Origin: an uncultured Pirellulales bacterium
Lineage (GTDB): Bacteria > Planctomycetota > Phycisphaerae > Sedimentisphaerales > Anaerobacaceae
Direction: 5' to 3'
Assembly (NCBI GenBank): GCA_964429265.1
Contig: CAYSBK010000001.1
Coordinates: 1-57,448, forward strand
Length of the DNA: 57,448 nt
Each line of letters begins with the position of its first letter. The stretch's first letter is position 1. Positions 16,788-25,371 of the stretch are shown in pieces. A program made the position numbers and the translations under genes. The notes under the pieces were generated by a model that was not told the origin of the DNA, did no database searches, and worked only from the letters and a program-made list of their open reading frames with translations.

Positions 16788-17989
16788 CGGTCTTCGGCTA
16801 TAATTGCGGCGTGATAGGGAAAATCGCAATCATCACAGAAAGGCTTGACCCCTCGCTCGGGGGGGCGGAACGGTCTATCGGCGAGCTGGCCGAGGCAGTT
16901 TCGAAGCTCGGTCCGGAAGTACACATCCTGGCCGCCAAAGGCACCGCGACCGGGCCCAACGTTCACATCCTTTGCAGGGATACACCGGGTAAACGCACGT
17001 CTTTGTCCCGCTTGCAGCGGGCGGCAAGGCGGCATCTGCAGGACAATCATTACGATGTCATCCACAGCGTTTTACCACTGGATTTTGCCGATGTCTATCA
17101 GCCGCGAGGTGGAGCCTACCCGGAAGCTATGCAGCGCAACGCCGCCAGTTATCATGGCAACTTCCTGCGTTGCTGGAAGAGGTGGACGGCATTTGCCAAT
17201 TGCCGGCGAACCGTGTTGTGGTGCCGGGAGAAGAAGCTGTGCCGAAATCGCCACGGCCCGGTGGTCGCCGCATTGTCGGGATATGTGGCCGAGCAGTTTA
17301 AGCGTCACTACGGCCTGGATGACAGTCGCGTTGTCGTGGTACCGAACGGCGTCAAGGTCCGAGGTAAGCCGGATGAGACTGCAGCGGGGGCACTTCGACG
17401 GGAAATAACCGGCAGGCTGGGGACAGCCGAGCCGGGCCGGACCGTATTGATGCTGTTCGTAGCGAACAATTTTCGCCTCAAGGGATTGCGGCCTTTGTTG
17501 ATGGCGATTAAAGCGGCCGGCGAGTCGGTTGAACGACAGGTGTCTCTAATTGTGGTCGGCAGTGACAACAGTGCTCCGTACCGTCGGCTGGCCGAAAGGC
17601 TGAATATAATGAAGAATGTCCTGTTTCTTGGTGCTATGGACGACATTGGCACGGTGCTTGGTGCCTGTGATGTTGCGGTGCTTCCGAGCTTTTATGATCC
17701 CTGCAGCCGTTTCACGCTGGAGGCGCTGGCTGCAAATAAGCCGGTCATAACCACCAGGCACAACGGCGCGACGGACCTGTTCAAAGACGGCAGGCACGGC
17801 AGGGTTATCGGCTCGGCCGATGACGTGTCGGCGCTGGCGGAGGCGATTGCGTATTTCAGCAATGCCGCGAACGTGAAAAAAGCCGCCGATGCAATCGCCG
17901 CCGACAACCTGCGTGAAGAAATCTCAATTGACCGCCATGCCACGCGACTGCTTGAATTGTACCGCGAATTGAAAGGAAAACGACGGTGA
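16784..17989 (+). CDS. glycosyltransferase family 4 (GT-B, Glycos_transf_1)
   Basis: N-terminal GGAERS motif and C-terminal VLPSFYDPCSRFTLEALAANKPVITT (EX7E-like). There is a 4-nt overlap with the upstream gene. Confidence 0.8.
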   Translation: MTVFGYNCGVIGKIAIITERLDPSLGGAERSIGELAEAVSKLGPEVHILAAKGTATGPNVHILCRDTPGKRTSLSRLQRAARRHLQDNHYDVIHSVLPLDFADVYQPRGGAYPEAMQRNAASYHGNFLRCWKRWTAFANCRRTVLWCREKKLCRNRHGPVVAALSGYVAEQFKRHYGLDDSRVVVVPNGVKVRGKPDETAAGALRREITGRLGTAEPGRTVLMLFVANNFRLKGLRPLLMAIKAAGESVERQVSLIVVGSDNSAPYRRLAERLNIMKNVLFLGAMDDIGTVLGACDVAVLPSFYDPCSRFTLEALAANKPVITTRHNGATDLFKDGRHGRVIGSADDVSALAEAIAYFSNAANVKKAADAIAADNLREEISIDRHATRLLELYRELKGKRR

Positions 17990-18627
17990 TAAAGTTTGCA
18001 GCCCTTATTGCGGGTGCGTACCTGCTGGGTTCGGTTCCTTTCGGGTTGATCATAGCGGCGGCGCACAAGATAGACCTTCGCCGGATCGGTTCGGGCAACA
18101 TCGGAGCCACAAACCTGGCCCGCGCGCTGGGCAGAAAGTGGGGCTACGTCTGTTTTGCGCTCGATGCAGGCAAGGGCTTGGTGCCGATGCTGGTAGCGGC
18201 GGCTCTGCGGTCTCCGAATGCCGGTGCAGGTGAGCTTGCGCTAAGCCTGGCGGTGGGCTGTGCGGCAATACTGGGGCACATCTTCCCGGTGTATCTGCGA
18301 TTCAAGGGGGGCAAAGGTGTGGCCACGAGTTTCGGAGTGGCGCTGGGGCTGTGGCCTTACTACACGGTCTGTTCGCTGGTGAGCCTGGCGGTTTGGGTGA
18401 TTGTGCTTTTGTTATGGCGATACGTATCGCTGGCGTCCATGGTGTCCTCGCTGGCGTTTCCGGTGAGCTTGCTGGTGGCGATACGGATGGTGCCGCAGTG
18501 GCGGTTCGCGACGCTGTGGCCGCTGCTGGTCGTGGCGGCGGCGCTGCCGTTTCTGATGGTTCTTCGCCATCGGGAAAACATAAGAAGACTGCTGGCGGGC
18601 ACTGAAAGCAAGGTCTTCGGAGGCTGA
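17986..18627 (+). CDS. plsY: glycerol-3-phosphate acyltransferase (acyl-phosphate dependent)
   Basis: GSGNIGATN and FKGGKGVAT motifs, with multiple TM helices. There is a 4-nt overlap with the upstream GT4 gene. Confidence 0.9.
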   Translation: MIKFAALIAGAYLLGSVPFGLIIAAAHKIDLRRIGSGNIGATNLARALGRKWGYVCFALDAGKGLVPMLVAAALRSPNAGAGELALSLAVGCAAILGHIFPVYLRFKGGKGVATSFGVALGLWPYYTVCSLVSLAVWVIVLLLWRYVSLASMVSSLAFPVSLLVAIRMVPQWRFATLWPLLVVAAALPFLMVLRHRENIRRLLAGTESKVFGG

Positions 18628-18669
18628 GATCCGTGCCGCAACTCGTCAGACAGCCGAGGGTGTTGCCAA

Positions 18670-19014
18670 CTATGAAGCCCAGGCCGGAATGATGCACAGA
18701 AACCGCAGAACCGAATCGCCGGTGTTTCTGAACTGGTGTTTTATCTGCCCCGGCACGAAGATTACGTGCTCTTTGTCGAAGGAGTATTCGGTGTCCTGGC
18801 AGACGAAGACACCCCGGCCTTCAACGATAAAGACCAGGTGCTCGTGGCTGTGAGCGTGCAGGGGGGTGTGGCCTGCGGGTTCAACTTCAAACATCCGCAT
18901 CGCTATGTTTTCGGCGCCGTCATCGCCGGTGATCAGCCACCTGATGCGAACACCTTTTGCTCCTTCGACCTCTACAGCGCGGGCCGGTATGTTTGCGGCA
19001 CCTTCTACCTTCAT
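18670..19014 (-). CDS. cupin-domain protein
   Basis: Cupin_2 motifs GHTPLHAHSHEH...VFIVEG and FVPGQIKHQFRN. GAAGGAG RBS lies upstream of the ATG at 19014. Confidence 0.7.
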   Translation of the reverse strand: MKVEGAANIPARAVEVEGAKGVRIRWLITGDDGAENIAMRMFEVEPAGHTPLHAHSHEHLVFIVEGRGVFVCQDTEYSFDKEHVIFVPGQIKHQFRNTGDSVLRFLCIIPAWAS

Positions 19015-19089
19015 CTGGTCTCCTTCGACAGCAGATTGGCCAGGCCAATGCGACCACGGCTCCATAATACGTCAAGCCCGCAAGAGATT

Positions 19090-19890
19090 CTATTCGGTCG
19101 GGCTATTGCCGGCAAGCAACTTCGAAGGTTGGTTCGCCGGCAAGGGCTGTTGGTTGAGTTTCTCGACAAGGGCGGGCACCTCCGACAGCCGCTCAATCCT
19201 CAGGGCCTTGGCGGGAAGCGGTTTTCCGGCATTGGTGTAGGCCGCTTTCAGAACCGCGTGCATACCGGCCTTCAGGGCGGGCCTGATGTCGGCATCGATG
19301 CGGTCGCCTACGAACAGGATGTTTTCCGGTGGCTGTCCGATTCTTTCGGCGGCTATGCGGAATATGCCCGCATTCGGCTTTCGGAAGGCAAACTCGTACG
19401 AATAAAGCCTGACCGAGAAGAACTCCAGCAGCCCGAGCTGAGCGAGGTGTTTCTCAAGGCAGCAGCGGTTTACGAAGGTGTTTGAAACGATGCCAAGCTC
19501 CAGGCCAAGCGCTTTCAATCGTGCCAGTGTCTGGGCGGCGTCGGGTTCGACCTTTGCAAGCCTGCTGAGAGGCTGATACCACAGCCAGGCGAAATGCTCC
19601 CACTGCTGCTCGGTGAGTTTTATGCCCTTTTTTCGGCCGATTTTCTTGGCGAGTTCGAGCATATCGAAATCCCGGCCGGTGATACTGGAAAGCCAGCAGT
19701 GCCACCGCAGCGACAGCAGGTTCCGCAGGTAATACCAGCTTTCGCTGCCGACGGGCTGGCCGAGCGACCGAAGGTATTCATACGTCAGCTGGGCAGCCCG
19801 GCGAAACAGCGCTGCGGTCCTTACGGGGCCGTATTCAAGCAGTGTCTCACCCAGGTCGAAAAGGACCGCCTTGATTTTCGTGTTCTGCAT
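19090..19890 (-). CDS. HAD-superfamily hydrolase
   Basis: DxD motif in AVLFDLGETL, IVSNT, and FVGDRIDADI. Confidence 0.75.
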   Translation of the reverse strand: MQNTKIKAVLFDLGETLLEYGPVRTAALFRRAAQLTYEYLRSLGQPVGSESWYYLRNLLSLRWHCWLSSITGRDFDMLELAKKIGRKKGIKLTEQQWEHFAWLWYQPLSRLAKVEPDAAQTLARLKALGLELGIVSNTFVNRCCLEKHLAQLGLLEFFSVRLYSYEFAFRKPNAGIFRIAAERIGQPPENILFVGDRIDADIRPALKAGMHAVLKAAYTNAGKPLPAKALRIERLSEVPALVEKLNQQPLPANQPSKLLAGNSPTE

Positions 19891-19929
19891 AGCCAGTCCG
19901 ATGGCGACACAGCCGACTTCAACGCCCGG

Positions 19930-21273
19930 CTAAGGCTGCCGCGGGGTCTTTCTCAACGGCGGCAGGTCGTCGCCGAACGCCTTTCGCACCCACTCAAACA
20001 TCTCTTCATCCGATATCGCCGAGACCCTGTCGGCGGCGTACTCGGCGTCAATCCAGTCCTTGATCTTGCCTATTTTGGGGTTGTGCTTTGGTATCTGGAT
20101 ATCGAAGCGCGCCTCTATCCAGTGCTTGATGCCGGCGGCGCCGGCCTTGTCGGTTATGGCGACCTTGACGGGTCTGTTAAGCAGCTTCTCGGTGTCGAAG
20201 GGATTATAGATTTCCTCGTCCTTGAGCAGGCCGTCGGCGTGGATGCCCGCCCGGGTGACATTGAAGTTGTCGCCTACCAGGGGGTAGTTATCCGGGATGT
20301 CAAACCCAAGTTCGCTCCTGGCATATTGAGCCAGCTCCGTAATAGCCTGATAATTGACCCCATCTGTTGAGCCCCTTAGCTGGGCGTGCTCGACCACCAG
20401 GGCCTCCAGCGGCGGATTTCCGGTTCTCTCGCCGATACCGAAAATCGAGCCGTTGGCGGCGCTGCAGCCATAGAGCCAGGCGGCCACCGCGTTGACAAGC
20501 ACCTTGTGAAAGTCGTTGTGTCCGTGCCATTCGAGCCATTCGGCGGGCACGCCAAGCTCACGGAGGCCGGCTACCAGTTTCGGCACGCTTCTGGGCAAAG
20601 CGGCATCAGCCCACGGCAATCCAAAGCCAAGCGTATCACACAGGCGGATTTTGACAGGACTGTTGTAGCGCTGGGCCAGCTCGAGCAGCTCGGCGGCAAA
20701 AGGCAGCACGAACCCGTCGTAGTCGGCCCTGGTGATGTCCTCGAGGTGGCAGCGCGGTATAACACCGTGGTCCAGGGCCGCCCTGACGATGTCCAGGTAG
20801 CCTTCCATAGCCTGGGCGCGGGTTTTCTTGAGCTTCAGGAAGATGTGGTAGTCACTGGCCGAGGTCAGGATGCCCGTCTCCTTCAGGCCCATCTGGCCGA
20901 CAAGCTTGAAATCGGCGGCGACCGCCCGTATCCAGCCCGTTATTTCAGGATACCTGTAGCCTCGTTCCCGGCACAATTCCACGGCCTTACGGTCGCGTTC
21001 GGAGTATAAGAAGAACTCGCTCTGGCGAATCAGGCCCGTGTCGCCGTCTATCTCGTGCAGAAAATCGTATATCCGCTGGATTTGTTCGGGCGTATAGGGG
21101 GGCCTGGCCTGCTGTCCGTCGCGGAAAGTGGTATCGGTTATCCAAATCTCGGCGGGTGTGGGGTAGGCGGCATCATCGTCCAATATGACCCTGGGCCAAT
21201 CATCATAGGGGAAAAGGTCCCGATACAGGTTCGGTTTTTCCACATTGACCAGTTTCGGCTTGTCGTCTGCCAT
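19930..21273 (-). CDS. HMGL-like aldolase-family synthase (isopropylmalate / homocitrate / Re-citrate synthase family)
   Basis: [25 protein letters not shown] and WHGHNDF motifs. The AGGAG RBS before ATG 21273 supports this start. The longer track ORF (to 21360) runs into tRNA-Leu. Confidence 0.8.
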   Translation of the reverse strand: MADDKPKLVNVEKPNLYRDLFPYDDWPRVILDDDAAYPTPAEIWITDTTFRDGQQARPPYTPEQIQRIYDFLHEIDGDTGLIRQSEFFLYSERDRKAVELCRERGYRYPEITGWIRAVAADFKLVGQMGLKETGILTSASDYHIFLKLKKTRAQAMEGYLDIVRAALDHGVIPRCHLEDITRADYDGFVLPFAAELLELAQRYNSPVKIRLCDTLGFGLPWADAALPRSVPKLVAGLRELGVPAEWLEWHGHNDFHKVLVNAVAAWLYGCSAANGSIFGIGERTGNPPLEALVVEHAQLRGSTDGVNYQAITELAQYARSELGFDIPDNYPLVGDNFNVTRAGIHADGLLKDEEIYNPFDTEKLLNRPVKVAITDKAGAAGIKHWIEARFDIQIPKHNPKIGKIKDWIDAEYAADRVSAISDEEMFEWVRKAFGDDLPPLRKTPRQP

Positions 21274-21333
21274 AGCAATCTCCTGTGATCCTGCGGCAGG
21301 TTCGATTCTCACAGCCTGCCCGTGTTCGTTCAG

Positions 21334-21418
21334 TAGCCGAGGTGGGATTCGAACCCACACGCCCTTTAGCGGGCAGGGGATTTTAAGTCCCCAGCGTCTG
21401 CCATTCCGCCACTCGGCC
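21334..21418 (-). tRNA. tRNA-Leu (anticodon TAA), type II with long variable arm
   Basis: Hand-folded cloverleaf. Acceptor GGCCGAG/CTCGGCT (G1-U72 wobble), D arm GCG/CGC, anticodon stem GGGGA/TCCCC with loop CTTAAAA. Variable stem GCCC/GGGC, T arm GTGGG-TTCGAAT-CCCAC, discriminator A. No encoded CCA. Confidence 0.9.
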
Positions 21419-21427
21419 TGGCCTGCC

Positions 21428-21456
21428 AGCTTAGCCTATTGGCGGCATTCTTGCAA
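21428..21456 (-). promoter_or_regulatory. candidate promoter of tRNA-Leu (TTGCAA - 17 nt - TAAGCT on the minus strand)
   Basis: The -10 ends 9 nt before the mature tRNA 5' end. By-eye consensus match. Confidence 0.4.
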
Positions 21457-21597
21457 GTGGGGCACAAATCAGCCCCCTCAGGCCGGCCGGGCCGGCTTCT
21501 CGCAGCCGCCGGGCCGGCAAACAAGCCGACAGGATTATCCCGCCAAGGAAACAGGCCGGCGACTAAGGGCGATAAACCACTTCCCTGAGAACACCGA

Positions 21598-22434
21598 TTA
21601 TGATGCCGAAGCCTGCTGTTCGGCTGCGATCATCTCCAGAAGCTGCTTATGTACCTTCCTGTTGGCGGCCAGCACCTTGTACTCGCGACCCTGGTAGTTG
21701 TCCGCATCCACGGGGAAAAGCTGGTTGCCATGCCAGTCCGTCACAACGGCCCCGGCGGTTTCGGCGATCAAGGCACCGGCGGCTATGTCCCACAACCGAG
21801 GTTTGCTGATGACCGTTGCGATTAGCGATCCGTTGCCCACATATGCAAGCTGCAGCGCAGTGGTGCCGAGGTTGCGAAAGCGCGTCCGCCGCATGATCTC
21901 GCAGACCCATCCCGGGACCCCTTCATCATAATGACTGTCGAGTCCTATGCTGGTAAATTTGCTCATAGCGTCTTCGCAGGCATTTATTCGCCGGCCGTTC
22001 AACTGGGCCTGGCCGGCCTTGACAGCGGTGAACATCGAGTCTGTCGCCGGGTCAAAAACAACCCCCGCGACGGGCCGGCCCTGCTGCAGGGCTGCGATGC
22101 TGACGGTAAACAACGGCATACGGTGCGAAAAGTTCGCGGTGCCGTCGATGGGGTCTATCACCCACCAGATCGCTTCAGAGGCTCGGGGCGGCTGCTTGAA
22201 GATCGCGCCCGCCCGGCCCTCCTCGCCGATGAACCCGTGGTCGGGATAGGTTTCCTTGATGCGGTCGATGATTATCTGCTGGCACCGGAGGTCGGCCTGC
22301 GTGACCACTTCGGTCTTGTTCTTGATGGTGGTCTTGACGTACCGGATTTCTTCCATAGCGCGCTGGCCGGCCAGCCTGGCGGCCACCACCGCCGTTTCCA
22401 GCATCTGACTGAGCTTCACGTTGTTGCTTGCCAT
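21598..22434 (-). CDS. inositol monophosphatase family protein (SuhB-like)
   Basis: EEG...[12 protein letters not shown] and WDIAAG motifs. Confidence 0.85.
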   Translation of the reverse strand: MASNNVKLSQMLETAVVAARLAGQRAMEEIRYVKTTIKNKTEVVTQADLRCQQIIIDRIKETYPDHGFIGEEGRAGAIFKQPPRASEAIWWVIDPIDGTANFSHRMPLFTVSIAALQQGRPVAGVVFDPATDSMFTAVKAGQAQLNGRRINACEDAMSKFTSIGLDSHYDEGVPGWVCEIMRRTRFRNLGTTALQLAYVGNGSLIATVISKPRLWDIAAGALIAETAGAVVTDWHGNQLFPVDADNYQGREYKVLAANRKVHKQLLEMIAAEQQASAS

Positions 22435-22494
22435 AACCGCGTCCTGTTAAGCCTGCTTGACAGCATTTACGGTTGGTTCTATTGTAGCCTAGTT

Positions 22495-22959
22495 ATGCAG
22501 TCCGGCAAAGAACAATCGGCCGGCAAGGAAGTGTTTCTCGAGGCCTCGGTAAGCCAACGGCTGTGGTGTGCGGTTGCTTGTGCGGCGATTGTAGCGGGGT
22601 TCATCCTGCTTAGAGCTGTGGCCGTCAGTGCGATTGATCTGGCCCGCTGGTTGGGTGTTTGCGGATTCAAGCAGCGATGGGGACTGCCGTGTCCGACTTG
22701 TGGGATGACGCACGCGGCTCTGGCGTTCGTTCGAGGCAACCTGTGGGAGGCTTTCTACCTGCAACCGGCGGCGGCGGTGATATGTACGCTGCTGGCCGCA
22801 GCGGCGGTTTTTGCTTTCTTTACGGCTGTGACGGGGGTATATTTCAGGTTTTTGAAGCGATTGGCCGAGTTGAACTTCTTATACTTCGTGCTGCTTTCGA
22901 TTTTGCTGCTGGCCGGCGGCTGGGCGGTGACCCTGGCGCGGGCGCTATCCGGCCGATAG
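22495..22959 (+). CDS. DUF2752-like small membrane protein
   Basis: LPCPTCGMTHA CxxC motif flanked by 3-4 TM helices. Only the last 154 codons of the 342-aa track ORF are credible, because the rest is antisense to the IMPase gene. Confidence 0.6.
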   Translation: MQSGKEQSAGKEVFLEASVSQRLWCAVACAAIVAGFILLRAVAVSAIDLARWLGVCGFKQRWGLPCPTCGMTHAALAFVRGNLWEAFYLQPAAAVICTLLAAAAVFAFFTAVTGVYFRFLKRLAELNFLYFVLLSILLLAGGWAVTLARALSGR

Positions 22960-22965
22960 GACAGG

Positions 22966-23667
22966 ATGTGGCTGATGAATGAACCCACAGCAAGAAAGCT
23001 GGTGTGTCTTGTCAGCGGCCTGGCTGCTGCGGGGATGCTTGTTTGCGGCGGTTGCGCGATCGTTGGGCTGGTGGCAACACCTACTCGCCACGAAGAAAAA
23101 ATTCGGGCCGAGTACGACCTGTCGCAGCTCGAGGACAAGCGTATGCTGGTTCTGGTGCGACAGCCCGCATGGCTGAATGCGCAGGCCAATTTTCGGTACT
23201 ACCTTACGCGAGAGCTCAACGTCCGCCTGAGCGAAAAAACCAGGTTGTCCGCCTCTCAGCTTATCGGCTACGATACGATTTCACGTTTCCGCGCCGGGCG
23301 AGCCGATTTTTCTATCCTTAGCGGCACAGAGGTTGCGCGGCAACTCGGCGCCGACGTGGTACTGGAGGTGGTGATCGACGACTGCCGGCTGGTAAAGGTC
23401 ACCGGTGCCGATTATTACAGCGCGTGGTTGAGCGCGCGATGCACGCTGCACAGGGCGGACACGGCTGAGAAGCTGTGGCCGGCTTCGACGGATGCCAGAA
23501 CCGTGAAGGTTGGGTTCGAGATAGGACCGTCCGACAGGACCGCGGCACTGCTGCGAGCAACCGGCGCAATGGCCTATTGTGTCGTGAGGTACTTTTATGA
23601 CTGTCCGCTGGACCAGTTCAAAATAGGCGACGACAGAACAGAGCAAGGCTGGAGGGATTGGAAGTAG
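22966..23667 (+). CDS. hypothetical lipoprotein
   Basis: Signal peptide with a lipobox-like sequence, LAAAGMLVCGGC. No recognisable domain. Confidence 0.5.
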   Translation: MWLMNEPTARKLVCLVSGLAAAGMLVCGGCAIVGLVATPTRHEEKIRAEYDLSQLEDKRMLVLVRQPAWLNAQANFRYYLTRELNVRLSEKTRLSASQLIGYDTISRFRAGRADFSILSGTEVARQLGADVVLEVVIDDCRLVKVTGADYYSAWLSARCTLHRADTAEKLWPASTDARTVKVGFEIGPSDRTAALLRATGAMAYCVVRYFYDCPLDQFKIGDDRTEQGWRDWK

Positions 23668-23689
23668 GTGTTGATTGTGGAGCCGTAAA

Positions 23690-25279
23690 ATGATCAAGAT
23701 ACTGATTACCGACAAGCTTGCCCAACAGGGTATTGACCTGCTCAATTCCACCGAGGATGTCGAGGCGGTCGTTAAGGTTGGCATCGACAAGGACGAACTT
23801 GCGAAAATAATAGGCGAACACGACGGGCTTATCATCCGCAGCGGCACGAAGGTTACCGCCGACGTTCTGGCTAACCCCGGCAGGTTGAAGGCCATCGCCC
23901 GTGCCGGGGTCGGAGTCGACAATATCGACGTGGAGGAAGCCACCCGGAAGGGTATCCTCGTTATGAACACGCCCGGCGGAAACACGCTCAGCGCCGCCGA
24001 GCACACTATGGCGCTTATGCTTGCTATGAGCCGAAACATTGTGACCGCCTGTCAAAGTCTCAAGTCGGGCGTATGGGACCGCAAGAAGTATATGGGCAAC
24101 CAGCTCAGCGGAAAGGTGCTCGGCCTGATAGGGCTTGGGCGAATTGGTATGTCGGTGGCGAAAATGGCCAGGGGATTCGATATGAAGGTCCTCGGTTACG
24201 ACCCCTTTGCCTCGCCGCCGGACGCGGAGAAACTCGGCATTGAACTGACCGACGAACTGGAGCGGATTTTCAAAGAGGCCGACTATATCAGCGTACACGT
24301 ACCCCGAAACGAACAGACCATCAATATGATTGGTGCAGCCGAGATAGAGATGATGAAGCCGACCGTTCGGCTGATAAACTGTGCGCGGGGAGGCATTATC
24401 AACGAGGACGATCTTTACAATGCCCTTGAGCGCAACCGTATAGCGGGGGCGGCGCTGGATGTGTTCTCGACCGAGCCCCCCGAGAATCGGCGCTTTGCCG
24501 AGCTTGATAACTGCGTGGTCACTCCCCACCTCGGCGCCAGTACGGAAGAGGCGCAGATAGGCGTTGCGGTTGAAGCGGCTCAGATACTCGTTGACGCATT
24601 GAAGGGAGGACCGATCAGGAACGCGATAAATGCTCCCTCGACCGCGGCGGCCCAGCCGCCCATCGTCAGTCGGTACTGCCGACTGGCCAGACTGATCGGG
24701 TCGGTGCTCGGCACGATCGCCCCGGGGCGGGTCAAGGCCGTGGAAGTGCAGTACCGAGGCTCGATAGCCGAAATGGCGGTGGAGCCGGTAACGCTCAACT
24801 TTGCAGCCGGCTTGCTGCAAAAGCACTTCGAGATGCCTCTGAATATCGTCAACGTCGGCGTATTGGCCAGGGAAAGAGGTATCAGCATCGACGTTACGAA
24901 GAATCCCGAGCCGAAAGACGTCGCCGCCAGCTTCAGCGCCAAGGTTGTAACCGACAAGCTTAAGCGTACCGTCACCGGTTCTGTTTTCGGTGAGACGCTG
25001 CTGAGAATCATCGAGATAGACGGCTTCAAGATAGAAATGACGCCGCAGGGGACGGTGCTGGTAATTTTCAACGACGACAAGCCCGGCGTCATCGGCGCGG
25101 TAGGAACCGTCTGCGGCAGGCACCATATAAACATCTCGACGATGGGGGTGGGCCAGAAGCTCAAACTTCAAAAGGCTATGCTGGCGGTCAGCCTCGACAA
25201 AGAGCCGGACGCAGAGGCGATAGAGGAGCTCAGGAACCTCGAGTTCGTCAACGAGATCTACGTGTGCAAACTTGATTGA
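23690..25279 (+). CDS. serA: D-3-phosphoglycerate dehydrogenase (long form with ASB and ACT domains)
   Basis: GLIGLGRIG NAD motif, NCARGG, and HLGAST catalytic His. About 529 aa with a C-terminal ACT-like region. GGAG RBS before ATG 23690. Confidence 0.9.
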   Translation: MIKILITDKLAQQGIDLLNSTEDVEAVVKVGIDKDELAKIIGEHDGLIIRSGTKVTADVLANPGRLKAIARAGVGVDNIDVEEATRKGILVMNTPGGNTLSAAEHTMALMLAMSRNIVTACQSLKSGVWDRKKYMGNQLSGKVLGLIGLGRIGMSVAKMARGFDMKVLGYDPFASPPDAEKLGIELTDELERIFKEADYISVHVPRNEQTINMIGAAEIEMMKPTVRLINCARGGIINEDDLYNALERNRIAGAALDVFSTEPPENRRFAELDNCVVTPHLGASTEEAQIGVAVEAAQILVDALKGGPIRNAINAPSTAAAQPPIVSRYCRLARLIGSVLGTIAPGRVKAVEVQYRGSIAEMAVEPVTLNFAAGLLQKHFEMPLNIVNVGVLARERGISIDVTKNPEPKDVAASFSAKVVTDKLKRTVTGSVFGETLLRIIEIDGFKIEMTPQGTVLVIFNDDKPGVIGAVGTVCGRHHINISTMGVGQKLKLQKAMLAVSLDKEPDAEAIEELRNLEFVNEIYVCKLD

Positions 25280-25371
25280 TGGTGCCGGCCGGTTAGGGTG
25301 AGGTTTCTTCCAGGCCGGGCGGGCCGCCGCTGCAGTTATGCGGCGCGTGGCGCAATGTACGGGGACGTATT

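Noticed and set aside
21274-21360. 29-codon N-terminal extension of the HMGL-family synthase (track start 21360).
   Set aside because: The extension overlaps the 3' part of tRNA-Leu. The internal ATG at 21273 has an AGGAG RBS and yields a normal N-terminus.
21931-22494. The N-terminal two-thirds of the 342-aa plus-strand ORF 21931-22959.
   Set aside because: This part is antisense to the well-supported inositol monophosphatase gene and has a shadow-frame composition. Only the segment from ATG 22495, a CxxC membrane protein that is DUF2752-like, looks real.
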